DNA of 64,000 nt from a virus. The first letter of the stretch is position 1; the number at the start of each line of letters is the position of its first letter. The stretch lies in IMG/VR virus record IMGVR_UViG_3300045988_107529, positions 1 through 64,000 of that record; one strand, 5' to 3'. The notes beneath the pieces were generated by a model. The model was given only the letters and a program-made list of their open reading frames with translations, was not told the origin of the DNA and ran no database searches. This document shows positions 25,990 through 34,311 of the stretch, piece by piece. A program made the position numbers and the translations under genes.

Positions 25990-26580
25990 ATGAAAGATAA
26001 TGCAGTAAAAGCACAAGATATAGAAATCTATTTAGATAATATTAATATATATGCTGATGAATATATAAATACTGTATTATGTATATCACCAGATAACGAA
26101 AACTATAAGAAAGAAGTATCAGACAGCTTTGTAGATATGATTTTTTATATTGCAGATCATATACAAAAGCCAAGTAATGACAATATAGAGCTATTAGATA
26201 AAATGTTTAATACTTATGTGAGATTATGCAGTAAATATCATGTATTACCAACCCTAGAAGTATTTAGCTTTTTAGTTGGGATTAATCGTACAACGTTTAC
26301 TGACTGGATGAATGGAGTGTATAGAATAAACTCATCACATGGCGACACGGCTAAAAAATGGTTTGATATTTGCAAAAACTGTGCAATTAATAGACTGCAT
26401 AACCAGACCGGAACAAATGCGAATTTGATATTTGTTGCAAAAGCTGCATACGGCATGGCAGAAACTGCACCAGTGCAAGCCACGCAGCAGTACGGCGTAC
26501 CACAGCAAACCGCGCAGCAGATCGCAGAGAAGCACAAAGCCGCTTTGCAGCTTCCGGAGATGGAAAAGCCGGAGCTATAG
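25990..26580 (+). CDS. Terminase-small-subunit-like HTH protein
   Basis: 196 aa. ..LEVFSFLVGINRTTFTDWMNG.. and ..NANLIFVAKAAYGMAE resemble TerS families, but it lies 11 kb from the large terminase. Confidence 0.4.
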   Translation: MKDNAVKAQDIEIYLDNINIYADEYINTVLCISPDNENYKKEVSDSFVDMIFYIADHIQKPSNDNIELLDKMFNTYVRLCSKYHVLPTLEVFSFLVGINRTTFTDWMNGVYRINSSHGDTAKKWFDICKNCAINRLHNQTGTNANLIFVAKAAYGMAETAPVQATQQYGVPQQTAQQIAEKHKAALQLPEMEKPEL

Positions 26581-26919
26581 CACGGAAAACTATATCTTGC
26601 AGTTTAGCAATAGTACACACAATATATAGTATGTAGTGATGTTTATTTAGGGTACACCCTAAAAACACATTTCATAAAACACTGTTTTTTGTGCAATATT
26701 ACAATAGATTTTGTATAGCATTCCCTTGACCACTGCCGAAGGCCTACAATAAACAGCGACCAGGCAAGGGCAGCGGTTCCCATGGGGCGGCGGGCTGACT
26801 TGCCAGCGTCCGCACTGGATGACCGGGAGGGGGTATATATAAAACCCCATACAGGTTGAATGAGTAACCCGAATAAAGAACCTATTGTATTTTGTCCTAC
26901 ATATATAAGGAATGATGAT

Positions 26920-27075
26920 ATGACAAAAGGAAGGCCAACTACAGACCCAAAGGGAGATTCAATAAGAGTTCGAGTAAATAATGATATGAGAATGCTTCTT
27001 GAAAAGGAATCTCTTCGATCTGGAAAAAGTATTTCACAAATTATTAGAGATTTGATAATGAGTTATTTGATTTAG
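26920..27075 (+). CDS. Ribbon-helix-helix (CopG/Arc-like) protein
   Basis: MTKGRPTTDPKGDSIRVRVNNDMRMLLEKESLRSGKSISQIIRDLI. ATG 26920 after AAGGAA. An alternative upstream ATG exists at 26860. Confidence 0.55.
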   Translation: MTKGRPTTDPKGDSIRVRVNNDMRMLLEKESLRSGKSISQIIRDLIMSYLI

Positions 27076-27127
27076 AAATGGGGTCACACAGATAAGGAGG
27101 ACGTCCTAAACTGCAGCCTCCCATCAA

Positions 27128-27154
27128 AAAAGAGAACCATTAAGGCTCTCTTTT
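27128..27154. terminator. Bidirectional hairpin between convergent genes
   Basis: aaaagagaacc-attaa-ggctctctttt; overlaps the end of the minus-strand gene. Confidence 0.5.
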
Positions 27155-27373
27155 CAGATCATTGCTATTAAATTTTACTATGATATCTGGAAATGCTTCA
27201 ACAGAAATTTGACAACCAAGAAAGTCAAGGATGGCTATAAGCTCATATGCAGAAAGCGTTTCTCTGGAAAACTTGTTAGCTAGTGCTTGTGGTGAAGTTC
27301 CTAGATGTTCAGCAACTTGAATATTTGTAATTTTTTTCATTTTCATTATTTGCTTAATTTTTTGAGATACCAT
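27140..27373 (-). CDS. XRE-family HTH regulator (77 aa)
   Basis: KKITNIQVAEHLGTSPQALANKFSRETLSAYELIAILDFLG. Confidence 0.7.
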   Translation of the reverse strand: MVSQKIKQIMKMKKITNIQVAEHLGTSPQALANKFSRETLSAYELIAILDFLGCQISVEAFPDIIVKFNSNDLKREP

Positions 27374-27451
27374 ATAAACACCTCCTACTTACATAATAAA
27401 CGCAAATGTTATAAAAATCAATTAAAATTCACTTAAACGTGTGATTTACTA

Positions 27452-27480
27452 TTGAAAAAACACACATTATAGTGTATAAT
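27452..27480 (+). promoter_or_regulatory. Sigma-A-like promoter of the serine recombinase operon
   Basis: TTGAAA - 17 nt - TATAAT. Confidence 0.6.
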
Positions 27481-27510
27481 TGTTTTATAAAGAAACAGGA
27501 GTGTGTATAT

Positions 27511-28101
27511 ATGAAAGTAGGATATGTAAGAGTTTCAACAGTAGAACAAAATGAAGCGAGACAGATTGAAGCAATGAAAACAGATGGTGTTGAAAAAATT
27601 TATATGGATAAAAAATCTGGGAAAGACTTCAATCGTCCAGAGTATCAGAGAATGATTTCAGAGCTAACAAAAGACGATATATTGGTAATCCATTCAATTG
27701 ACCGTCTTGGAAGAAACTACAATGAAATTGTTGAACAGTGGAGATGTATCACAAAAGAAATCGGAGCCGATATTATCGTACAGGACATGCCACTTCTTAA
27801 CACATGCCAGGATAAAGACCTAACAGGAACCTTAATTACAGACATTGTATTGCAGCTTTTTTCATATGTAGCCCAAAGAGAGAGAGAAAACACTCGCCAA
27901 CGTCAAAAAGAAGGCATTGAAATAGCAAAGACGCAAGGCAAATATAAAGGCCGCGCCAAAAAAGAGATAGATAAGGAACTTTTCAAAGAAACCAAACGTA
28001 GCTGGCAAAGAGGGGAAATAACAAAGGTACAATTTGCCGAGATTATGGGAGTTTCAAGAAGCACGCTATATAAACTTTTAGAGGGGGATAAAGATGATTG
28101 A
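27511..28101 (+). CDS. Serine recombinase (resolvase/invertase family)
   Basis: MKVGYVRVSTVEQNEARQ..; C-terminal HTH GVSRSTLYKLL; 196 aa. Confidence 0.85.
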   Translation: MKVGYVRVSTVEQNEARQIEAMKTDGVEKIYMDKKSGKDFNRPEYQRMISELTKDDILVIHSIDRLGRNYNEIVEQWRCITKEIGADIIVQDMPLLNTCQDKDLTGTLITDIVLQLFSYVAQRERENTRQRQKEGIEIAKTQGKYKGRAKKEIDKELFKETKRSWQRGEITKVQFAEIMGVSRSTLYKLLEGDKDD

Positions 28102-28561
28102 TTTTACAAACAAATGCATTGTTACAGAAAACAATGTTGAATCAGAACAGTTGCTTAAAAAAGCAATAGCCCAAGGATTTAACTTGCCAAAAGGCGAAAA
28201 AGCAATGGAATCACATAGATACTTTCGTTTTATCGGGAGTCCGTATAAACATGTTGTGGCTCCTGTCCCGGTATGTACGAGTGATCTAAACAATGCAATC
28301 AGATACTCAGAGTTATTCGGTAATGAACTGGAAGAACTTGAAAAAATTACTGATTCAGCTGCACGTTGGTGCCGTACATACGGATATGAACATTTGAATG
28401 TATATGCAAATGAAGAATTCGAAAGTTATACTGGAAAGGCAATTGCAAAAACAGCAGATAACATCATACAGCGTGTTAATATTGAAATAAAGAAGCCACG
28501 TAAACTGACTGTTTCAGAGTTAGAAGCATACTTAGGATATCCAATTGAAATTGTAAGTTGA
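28094..28561 (+). CDS. Hypothetical protein (155 aa)
   Basis: ATG overlaps the recombinase stop; SD GAGGGGGA. Confidence 0.6.
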   Translation: MIDFTNKCIVTENNVESEQLLKKAIAQGFNLPKGEKAMESHRYFRFIGSPYKHVVAPVPVCTSDLNNAIRYSELFGNELEELEKITDSAARWCRTYGYEHLNVYANEEFESYTGKAIAKTADNIIQRVNIEIKKPRKLTVSELEAYLGYPIEIVS

Positions 28562-28572
28562 GGTAAATGCTC

Positions 28573-28728
28573 ATGAAACCAAACTCACAATCCGAATCCA
28601 TCCGCATCCGATTTTCCGAAAAACAGAAAAAAAGACTCCTGGAAGAGAAGAACCGGACGGACAGGAGTGTATCGGATATCGTAAGACAGGCAGTTGATGA
28701 ATATTTTGGTAGGAAAAGACGTGCTTAA
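28573..28728 (+). CDS. Ribbon-helix-helix protein (51 aa)
   Basis: MKPNSQSESIRIRFSEKQKKRLLEEKNRTDRSVSDIVRQAVDEYFGRKRRA*; SD GAGGT. Below the track cut-off. Confidence 0.55.
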   Translation: MKPNSQSESIRIRFSEKQKKRLLEEKNRTDRSVSDIVRQAVDEYFGRKRRA

Positions 28729-29170
28729 ATTTTTCTCAAAAAATAAAAAAGGTGTTTCTGAATCCCAAGGCTTTAGTTCAGAAGAAATAGCGCATGGCGT
28801 GTTCAGAGTTGAAAAGAAAACAAATTATTTTCATAAAAAAGCAATTTGTAAAGATGGAAAGTTATACAACACCGAAACAGCAATAAAAGTTATCGAACTT
28901 GATAAAGAAAAAGTGAATTGGTTTGGTTCATACCAGATGAGAACGTATTTTATAACGGCTAAAGGAAACTGGTTTTCTTGCTACACGCTTGTTGAAGCCG
29001 GAATACGTGAGCATATGAAACAAGTAGGCGACATTGATGTAAAAGTCGTGGAAACAGATGTTTCCTATTTAGATTTGGAATTGGAAAGCATTCAAGAAGT
29101 AAAGGAAAAATTAGGTTTTGCCGATATCGACCTTTACAAGAAATATTTCGGGGAGGTGGAAGAAGGATGA
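28694..29170 (+). CDS. Hypothetical protein (start uncertain, possibly GTG 28721)
   Basis: Track ORF; its 5' end overlaps the RHH gene. Confidence 0.5.
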   Translation: MMNILVGKDVLKFFSKNKKGVSESQGFSSEEIAHGVFRVEKKTNYFHKKAICKDGKLYNTETAIKVIELDKEKVNWFGSYQMRTYFITAKGNWFSCYTLVEAGIREHMKQVGDIDVKVVETDVSYLDLELESIQEVKEKLGFADIDLYKKYFGEVEEG

Positions 29171-29583
29171 ATTGTTTTTTATACATAATTGGGAATGATA
29201 TTTGTAAATGTGAAAAAGAAGAAGATATTCCAAGAGAAGCTATTAGAACACTTAAATTGCAAAACGGAGAATTATTTTCAAATGGAAACGGAGAATGGAA
29301 AAAGTTATTCATGCCGGATGCACCAATAAGTGATAACAAGGATAGTCTTCCCGAATCCCCCATTGATGTAGCCTCTATGCTTATCAATGCCACAGTAACT
29401 TGCGAACTACCAAATGAAGGCATTCCACTTTCCCCACTATTGGAACAAAAAACATGGGAAATTCCAAAATACAACATTCTGCAGTTGGAAGAGATTGCGA
29501 AACACCTTCTTCTCTACTGTGAAACTAAAAGAAAGGGGTACGAAGATGCCGATAGTGAAGATCACAAACCCCAACCCCTATGA
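29167..29583 (+). CDS. Hypothetical protein (138 aa)
   Basis: ATGA overlap. Confidence 0.55.
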   Translation: MNCFLYIIGNDICKCEKEEDIPREAIRTLKLQNGELFSNGNGEWKKLFMPDAPISDNKDSLPESPIDVASMLINATVTCELPNEGIPLSPLLEQKTWEIPKYNILQLEEIAKHLLLYCETKRKGYEDADSEDHKPQPL

Positions 29584-29944
29584 TTGGCGTGGAACAAAAT
29601 GTTTTATTGATGGGAATAAAGTTCCGAATGTACGATCAGTTGATTTCCATGTGGCAGTATATGGAATACCCGTGGTTAAATTTGAAATGATGGAAGTTCC
29701 AGATATTGAAATGGAGTGCCTAGCACAAATTAGTGTCACTTCTCAATCAATTACTGATGCAATTTCAGTTTTAAGGCACGAATTACTACAACATGGAGAA
29801 ATTTACAATGGATTCAAATCAAGCCTAAAATCGGCTTTAGAATCCTACAATTACTGTGGAATGCCATTTGAGCCAGAGGAAGAGATTGCAGAAAAAATTC
29901 TGAACTTCTTAATTGGGGAGGAAAAAGAAAATGAATGCACTTAA
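29546..29944 (+). CDS. Hypothetical protein (132 aa)
   Basis: ATG 29546 after AAAGGGG; MPIVKITNPNPYDWRG... Confidence 0.55.
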   Translation: MPIVKITNPNPYDWRGTKCFIDGNKVPNVRSVDFHVAVYGIPVVKFEMMEVPDIEMECLAQISVTSQSITDAISVLRHELLQHGEIYNGFKSSLKSALESYNYCGMPFEPEEEIAEKILNFLIGEEKENECT

Positions 29945-30107
29945 TGTAATTGGGACAGCTGTAAATCTTGTATTTTTCGTTCTGGTTCTTGCTGGAACTT
30001 TAGCCATACTGGACGAAGAAGGAAAGACAAACGTAATACAGATTTTATTCTGCATTTGTTTAGAAATATGTTTCGCACTTAATATTTTTTTAATCTGCAC
30101 GAGGTGA
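29931..30107 (+). CDS. Small membrane protein (58 aa)
   Basis: ATG after GGGGAGG; two hydrophobic segments. Confidence 0.5.
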   Translation: MNALNVIGTAVNLVFFVLVLAGTLAILDEEGKTNVIQILFCICLEICFALNIFLICTR

Positions 30108-30405
30108 CAAATGTATTTACCGATTCCAATTGGAATTATCCCGATTGAGTTAATCGAAAGGGTTAAATTCATAAAAGCGCCGCTTCGACTTAATCCATGT
30201 AGGTTCGGGAAAGCCTATGAAAGTGATAAGTCGAGGCATCCAGAGTAGCGTAAGCTCTTATTGATGAATACGCCAGGAATTATTGAATATTTAGAAAAAG
30301 AAAATTTCCCTCCTGGAAAAGAGTAATCAGTAAGAGCGGAAAGTTTATATACTTGTTTAGCTTAATATCACGACTTCCCCGGTTTTAATGGTGCGCCGGG
30401 GTTGA

Positions 30406-30478
30406 TGGGCTATCGCCAAACGGTTAAGGCACAGCACTTTGACTGCTATATTTGCTGGTTCGAATCCAGTTAGCCCAG
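30406..30478 (+). tRNA. tRNA-Gln (anticodon UUG)
   Basis: Cloverleaf by hand. Acceptor tgggcta/tagccca (U1-A72), D gcc/ggc, anticodon loop ctTTGac, T-arm gctgg-ttcgaat-ccagt. No encoded CCA. Confidence 0.75.
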
Positions 30479-30628
30479 TTTGCGGTTTTGCTAACGCCGC
30501 AAGTTCATTTTATAACACTCTTTTCTGAAATCTAAAAGCGTTTCAGAAAACCTTTGTTGCGGTTGGTGGTCAAGAACTGCAACAGTGCCGGATTGTTTGT
30601 CATGGCGGTCAAATAATTCGGTATCTTA

Positions 30629-30701
30629 GGAAGCTTAGTTCAGCGGTAAGAGCAACGGCCTCATAAGCCGTAAGTCCTGGGTTCGAATCCCAGAGCTTCC
30701 A
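30629..30701 (+). tRNA. tRNA with CAU anticodon (Met or Ile2)
   Basis: Acceptor ggaagct/agcttcc, anticodon arm acggc-ctCATaa-gccgt, T-arm ctggg-ttcgaat-cccag. Confidence 0.85.
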
Positions 30702-31222
30702 TTTCTTCTAAATGCCATTCATCCGTAATATGGGTGGAAAAAACTTCCAGTTGAGCGTGTGGATTAGGTAAATTTATAGGTGCGATACGGCGTAGCCTAA
30801 ATGGATCTGATTTCCCGGCTGGTATATCTCGGAGTTAAAAACATTAACGCAGCGCACGTTAATAAAAGGAGTTTTCAAGAGATGCCGTTCAAAGACGCAT
30901 AAAAATATCCAGTGAATCTACAGCACTAAAACTTGTAGATAGTGGAAAGCATAACACGATAAACCTATTGCTAACCCGGAAGAACCGGGTTATTCGGAAA
31001 GTGCAAGTAACTGGGAACGGGCTAGTCGACTAGGTCTTGATGGTTCGAATCCATCCTTTCCGATTGTTTGGAGACTGAAAGTTTGGTGGTAGGAAAAGCA
31101 CAGAGCAGTGCGTAGGAATGTATAACCGAGTTCCGAATACGTACTGTTTATCGGTGATATAGTGACTTCCTCTAGTAGTCAATAAGTGAACGTGCTGAAA
31201 TGGTTCTTCCAAACATGTACAT
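30702..31222 (+). ncRNA. Densely structured non-coding spacer inside the tRNA cluster (candidate large ornate RNA or processed spacers)
   Basis: Hairpins at 30715-30737, 30843-30863, 30916-30940, 30973-30991 and 31106-31146. Possible long-range pairing tgtttgga (31066) with tccaaaca (31207). No credible ORF. Confidence 0.4.
30995..31063 (+). ncRNA. tRNA-like element 1 (acceptor stem plus T-arm, no canonical D or anticodon arm)
   Basis: Acceptor cggaaag/ctttccg, T-arm gatgg-ttcgaat-ccatc. The centre is the hairpin ctag-tcga-ctag with a 4-nt loop. Only 69 nt. Confidence 0.45.
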
Positions 31223-31294
31223 AGCAGGATAGAGAAGCGGAATCTCGCATGGCTCATATCCATGAAAACGGCGGTTCGAATCCGTCTCCTGCTA
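31223..31294 (+). tRNA. tRNA with CAU anticodon (second copy; Met/Ile2)
   Basis: Acceptor agcagga/tcctgct, D gaga/tctc, anticodon arm catgg-ctCATat-ccatg, T-arm ggcgg-ttcgaat-ccgtc. Confidence 0.8.
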
Positions 31295-31353
31295 TTCCAT
31301 CTACCAAGTGTAGATAGGAAATATGACTTTAGCATAGCTATTGTTGGTTTTTA

Positions 31354-31467
31354 GACGAGGCAGCTCAATTGGACAGAGCAATGAGAATATTAGTCATGTT
31401 TGTGACTATAACAGCAATTTACTCCATTACAAGGCATAGGTTGGTGGTTCGAATCCATCCCTCGTCA
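31354..31467 (+). ncRNA. tRNA-like element 2 (114 nt; canonical acceptor, D and T arms, expanded centre)
   Basis: Acceptor gacgagg/cctcgtc, D-arm gctc-aattggaca-gagc, T-arm ggtgg-ttcgaat-ccatc. About 60 nt of extra sequence includes the hairpin agtca-TGTTTG-tgact. Confidence 0.45.
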
Positions 31468-31468
31468 C

Positions 31469-31559
31469 TGCCCCGGTTATCGGTTACGGAAAACCGATTA
31501 GAACATGTTTGTGTTCTTCACTGCAAATAATTTTATAGGTTCAAATCCTGTCGGGGCAA
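31469..31559 (+). ncRNA. tRNA-like element 3 (91 nt; acceptor plus T-arm, two non-canonical hairpins)
   Basis: Acceptor tgccccg/cggggca, T-arm atagg-ttcaaat-cctgt, hairpins atcggtt/aaccgat and agaaca-TGTTTG-tgttct. Shares CATGTTTGTG with element 2 (31395 and 31504). Confidence 0.45.
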
Positions 31560-31653
31560 TTATGTGATGCTTACAGCAATCATTTTGGACATAACTGCTA
31601 AATTATGAAACCCAAAAGCATCATGAAATTTATGGGACGCTTACAGCAACTCA
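31560..31653 (+). repeat. Two ~23-nt direct repeats TTATGKGAYGCTTACAGCAAYYCA upstream of the vWA gene
   Basis: 31560-31582 and 31630-31653, 70 nt apart; followed by an AT-rich -10-like region. Confidence 0.6.
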
Positions 31654-31712
31654 CTTAAATAAAATCTAATTCGTATATTTTATATTTTTTGTGTCCTGAA
31701 AGGAGAAGAAAC

Positions 31713-33164
31713 ATGGATTTTGCAAATGCAATGAAGGAAGAAAGCAAGTTTACAAGAACTGAAAACGGAGCAGTTGCGCTGAATACTACAAGTGATGCAA
31801 GACTTGACCTGTTCGGAACTATTGGTGCATTGAGAGAAGCTGATGAAAATAGAATCACCACTTTATTCTCAGAAGCATTTGCACAGGATAAACTTTTTGC
31901 CACAAAGATTGCTTTTTATGCAAGAGATATTCGTTGTGGGCTTGGAGAGAGAAAAACTTTCCGAACCATTATCCGCTACATGGCTGAACATCATCCAGAA
32001 GCACTCAGACCGAATCTTGATTTAATTGGAGTATTCGGGAGATACGATGATCTGTATGAACTGATTGAAACACCACTTGAAGATGACATGTGGAAATCTA
32101 TGAAGAAACAATTTGAGGAAGATTTGAAAAATCTCAATGATGGAAAAGCAATTTCTTTACTTGCTAAATGGATTAAGACTGCTGATGCAAGTAGCAGAGA
32201 AACTAGGAAGTTAGGAATCTTGACTGCACAGAAGTTGGGTTATCCAGTCTACAACTTTAAGAGAATTGTTCGTAGCATGAGAAAACAGATCGGTGTTGTT
32301 GAAAGCCTTATGTCTGCCGGTAAATGGAATGAGATTAAATATCCAGAAGTTCCGAGCCGTGCAATGATGATTTATCGCAAGGCCTTTGCAAAACATGATC
32401 CAGATGGATTTAATGATTTTATTAATAAGGCTGATAAAGGAGAAGTTAAAATCAACGCTTCAACTTTGTATCCTTATGACATCGTGGAAAAAATCCTTTA
32501 CGGAAGAGAAAACAACAAAGTTCTTGAAGCACAGTGGAAAGCACTTCCAGATTATGTTGAACAGGGAACAAACGCACTCATAATGGCGGACGTATCTGGC
32601 TCAATGTATGGAAGACCAATGGCAACATCAATTGGACTAGCTATATATTTTGCCGAGAGAAACACAGGCGCATATCATAATCTTTTTATGACTTTCTCGG
32701 CAAATCCACAGATTGTTACTTTGAAAGGAGAAACACTTTTTCAAAAGGTGAGAAATGTTAATAAGGCAGACTGGGGAATGAATACAAACCTCAAAGCAGC
32801 ATTCGAGAAAGTTCTTGATATTGCTGAAAAGAACAATATTTCACAAGAACAAATGCCAAAAGCTATCGTTGTAATTTCCGATATGGAAATTGATCGTTGC
32901 GGAAATAAGGACTGGTCTTTTTATGACAAAATGGAAAGTAAGTTTCGCAAAGCCGGATATGTTATTCCAAACATTATTTTCTGGAATGTCGAAAGCAGAC
33001 ATGATGTATTCCACGCGGACTCTACAAGGAAAGGCGTACAGCTTGCAAGTGGTCAGTCGGTGACAGTGTTCAAACAGGTGTTACAGAATCTTGGATACAA
33101 TCCAATTGAAGCTATGGAGAACACGATCAATTCGGAAAGATACAATTGTATTACTGTCGAATGA
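31713..33164 (+). CDS. DUF2828-like helical domain plus vWA/MIDAS domain protein (Ro60-like architecture)
   Basis: 483 aa from ATG 31713 (SD AAAGGAG). N-terminal FTRTENGAVALNTTSDARLDLF resembles the DUF2828 start as I recall it. C-terminal IMADVSGSM .. VVISDMEID is MIDAS-like. Confidence 0.55.
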   Translation: MDFANAMKEESKFTRTENGAVALNTTSDARLDLFGTIGALREADENRITTLFSEAFAQDKLFATKIAFYARDIRCGLGERKTFRTIIRYMAEHHPEALRPNLDLIGVFGRYDDLYELIETPLEDDMWKSMKKQFEEDLKNLNDGKAISLLAKWIKTADASSRETRKLGILTAQKLGYPVYNFKRIVRSMRKQIGVVESLMSAGKWNEIKYPEVPSRAMMIYRKAFAKHDPDGFNDFINKADKGEVKINASTLYPYDIVEKILYGRENNKVLEAQWKALPDYVEQGTNALIMADVSGSMYGRPMATSIGLAIYFAERNTGAYHNLFMTFSANPQIVTLKGETLFQKVRNVNKADWGMNTNLKAAFEKVLDIAEKNNISQEQMPKAIVVISDMEIDRCGNKDWSFYDKMESKFRKAGYVIPNIIFWNVESRHDVFHADSTRKGVQLASGQSVTVFKQVLQNLGYNPIEAMENTINSERYNCITVE

Positions 33165-33224
33165 AACAAAAGTGAAAACCATCTCAGTTCCTTTGAAAAG
33201 AACTGTCCGTGACAGGCGGCAATA

Positions 33225-33296
33225 TGAAACATAGCTCAGTGGTAGAGCAATGATACTCAATATCATGTGACACAGGTTCGATTCCTGTTGTTTCTA
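33225..33296 (+). tRNA. tRNA with UCA anticodon (opal-suppressor/Trp-UGA type), atypical C33 and U1.U72
   Basis: Acceptor tgaaaca/tgtttct, D gctc-agtggta-gagc, anticodon arm atgat-acTCAat-atcat, T-arm acagg-ttcgatt-cctgt. Confidence 0.55.
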
Positions 33297-33414
33297 TCTG
33301 GCAAATTGCCATTGCCAGAAGTTGCATTTTCCCCCTTAAAGTTCCAGTGTTTCTCGTTGGGAGATTCATGCCGTTCAAGTCGGCACACTGGATTTTTCTA
33401 AATCGAGGTAATTT

Positions 33415-33564
33415 ATGAAAGAAAAATGTTGCAAGAATTGCAGAAGACATGATGACTTCACATGGGTTTGTTTCAATGGTGATAGCGAATATTGCGCAGA
33501 CTTTACGGAGCCAGAGTGTTATTGTGAGTTTTGGGAGAGAAAAGAAGATGGAGATATGTGGTAA
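33415..33564 (+). CDS. Small Cys-rich protein (49 aa)
   Basis: ATG after GAGGT. MKEKCCKNCRRHDDFTWVCFNGDSEYCADFTEPECYCEFWERKEDGDMW*. Preferred over the overlapping 5' part of track ORF 33449. Confidence 0.5.
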   Translation: MKEKCCKNCRRHDDFTWVCFNGDSEYCADFTEPECYCEFWERKEDGDMW

Positions 33565-33715
33565 AGAAATAAAAGACGAATGTTCAAACTGCGGAAATAT
33601 CCTTGAATGCGAATTGTTCCGTCAAGGGCATGGAATAAAACAGGAACGTGAAAACATAGCTAAAATGATTGCCTGTCAGATGAAGCACAGGGAGAGAAGG
33701 GAATTTGAATGCTAA
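33548..33715 (+). CDS. Small Cys-rich protein (55 aa)
   Basis: MEICGKEIKDECSNCGNILECELF... Confidence 0.45.
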   Translation: MEICGKEIKDECSNCGNILECELFRQGHGIKQERENIAKMIACQMKHRERREFEC

Positions 33716-33984
33716 ATTTACTTGATAAACGCAATTGCCCTGTTTGCGGTGGAATATTGAAATGTGAAAATGCCGATTTCACAAACCCTTTTATAGAAAA
33801 AGGACTCTTTTTAAATGTGACATGGCAATGCACCAATTGCGGCGCTGAATATACTGCAAAACTTGAATTAACCCCAAACGGATATGAGTTGCAAGACCGT
33901 GAAGCACATATTGATGTAGAGGATAATTTTTCAGCCGAAAAATTTATGCTTGGAAGAGACAATTTTCGAAGACAGAGGTGGTAA
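33709..33984 (+). CDS. Zinc-ribbon protein (91 aa)
   Basis: CPVCGG ... CTNCG. Confidence 0.55.
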   Translation: MLNLLDKRNCPVCGGILKCENADFTNPFIEKGLFLNVTWQCTNCGAEYTAKLELTPNGYELQDREAHIDVEDNFSAEKFMLGRDNFRRQRW

Positions 33985-33986
33985 AT

Positions 33987-34310
33987 ATGAAATTTGAGGA
34001 TATGGCAAACTGGACAGAGGAACAGCTAAAAAAAGAGGTTGTGAGACTATCTGAAGAATGTGAGAAGAAGCAGCATATAATCCTGGACTATGAAGCTTTA
34101 TCGGAGACAATTAACCAAAAGCTTCTTGAAAATGATAACTGGAAGATTCCGATTGATGGAATTGAAAATGTAGATACTGGTCATCCATCTATAGAATGGT
34201 ATGAACAACGCCACCAGGATGACTGTATTAGAATCAACGAGTTAACTGTTACTGTTGACACTCTGGTTGACCGATATGCTAATTTAAGGAAAAATAAAGG
34301 AATGTGCTGA
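33987..34310 (+). CDS. Hypothetical protein (107 aa)
   Basis: ATG after GAGGTGG. Confidence 0.55.
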   Translation: MKFEDMANWTEEQLKKEVVRLSEECEKKQHIILDYEALSETINQKLLENDNWKIPIDGIENVDTGHPSIEWYEQRHQDDCIRINELTVTVDTLVDRYANLRKNKGMC

Positions 34311-34311
34311 T

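Noticed and set aside
31030-31335. ORFs 31030..31335(-), 31655..31903(-) and 33184..33450(-) overlapping the tRNA and tRNA-like genes
   Set aside because: They run antisense through RNA genes and through the vWA gene start. They have no SD, so RNA features explain the sequence better.
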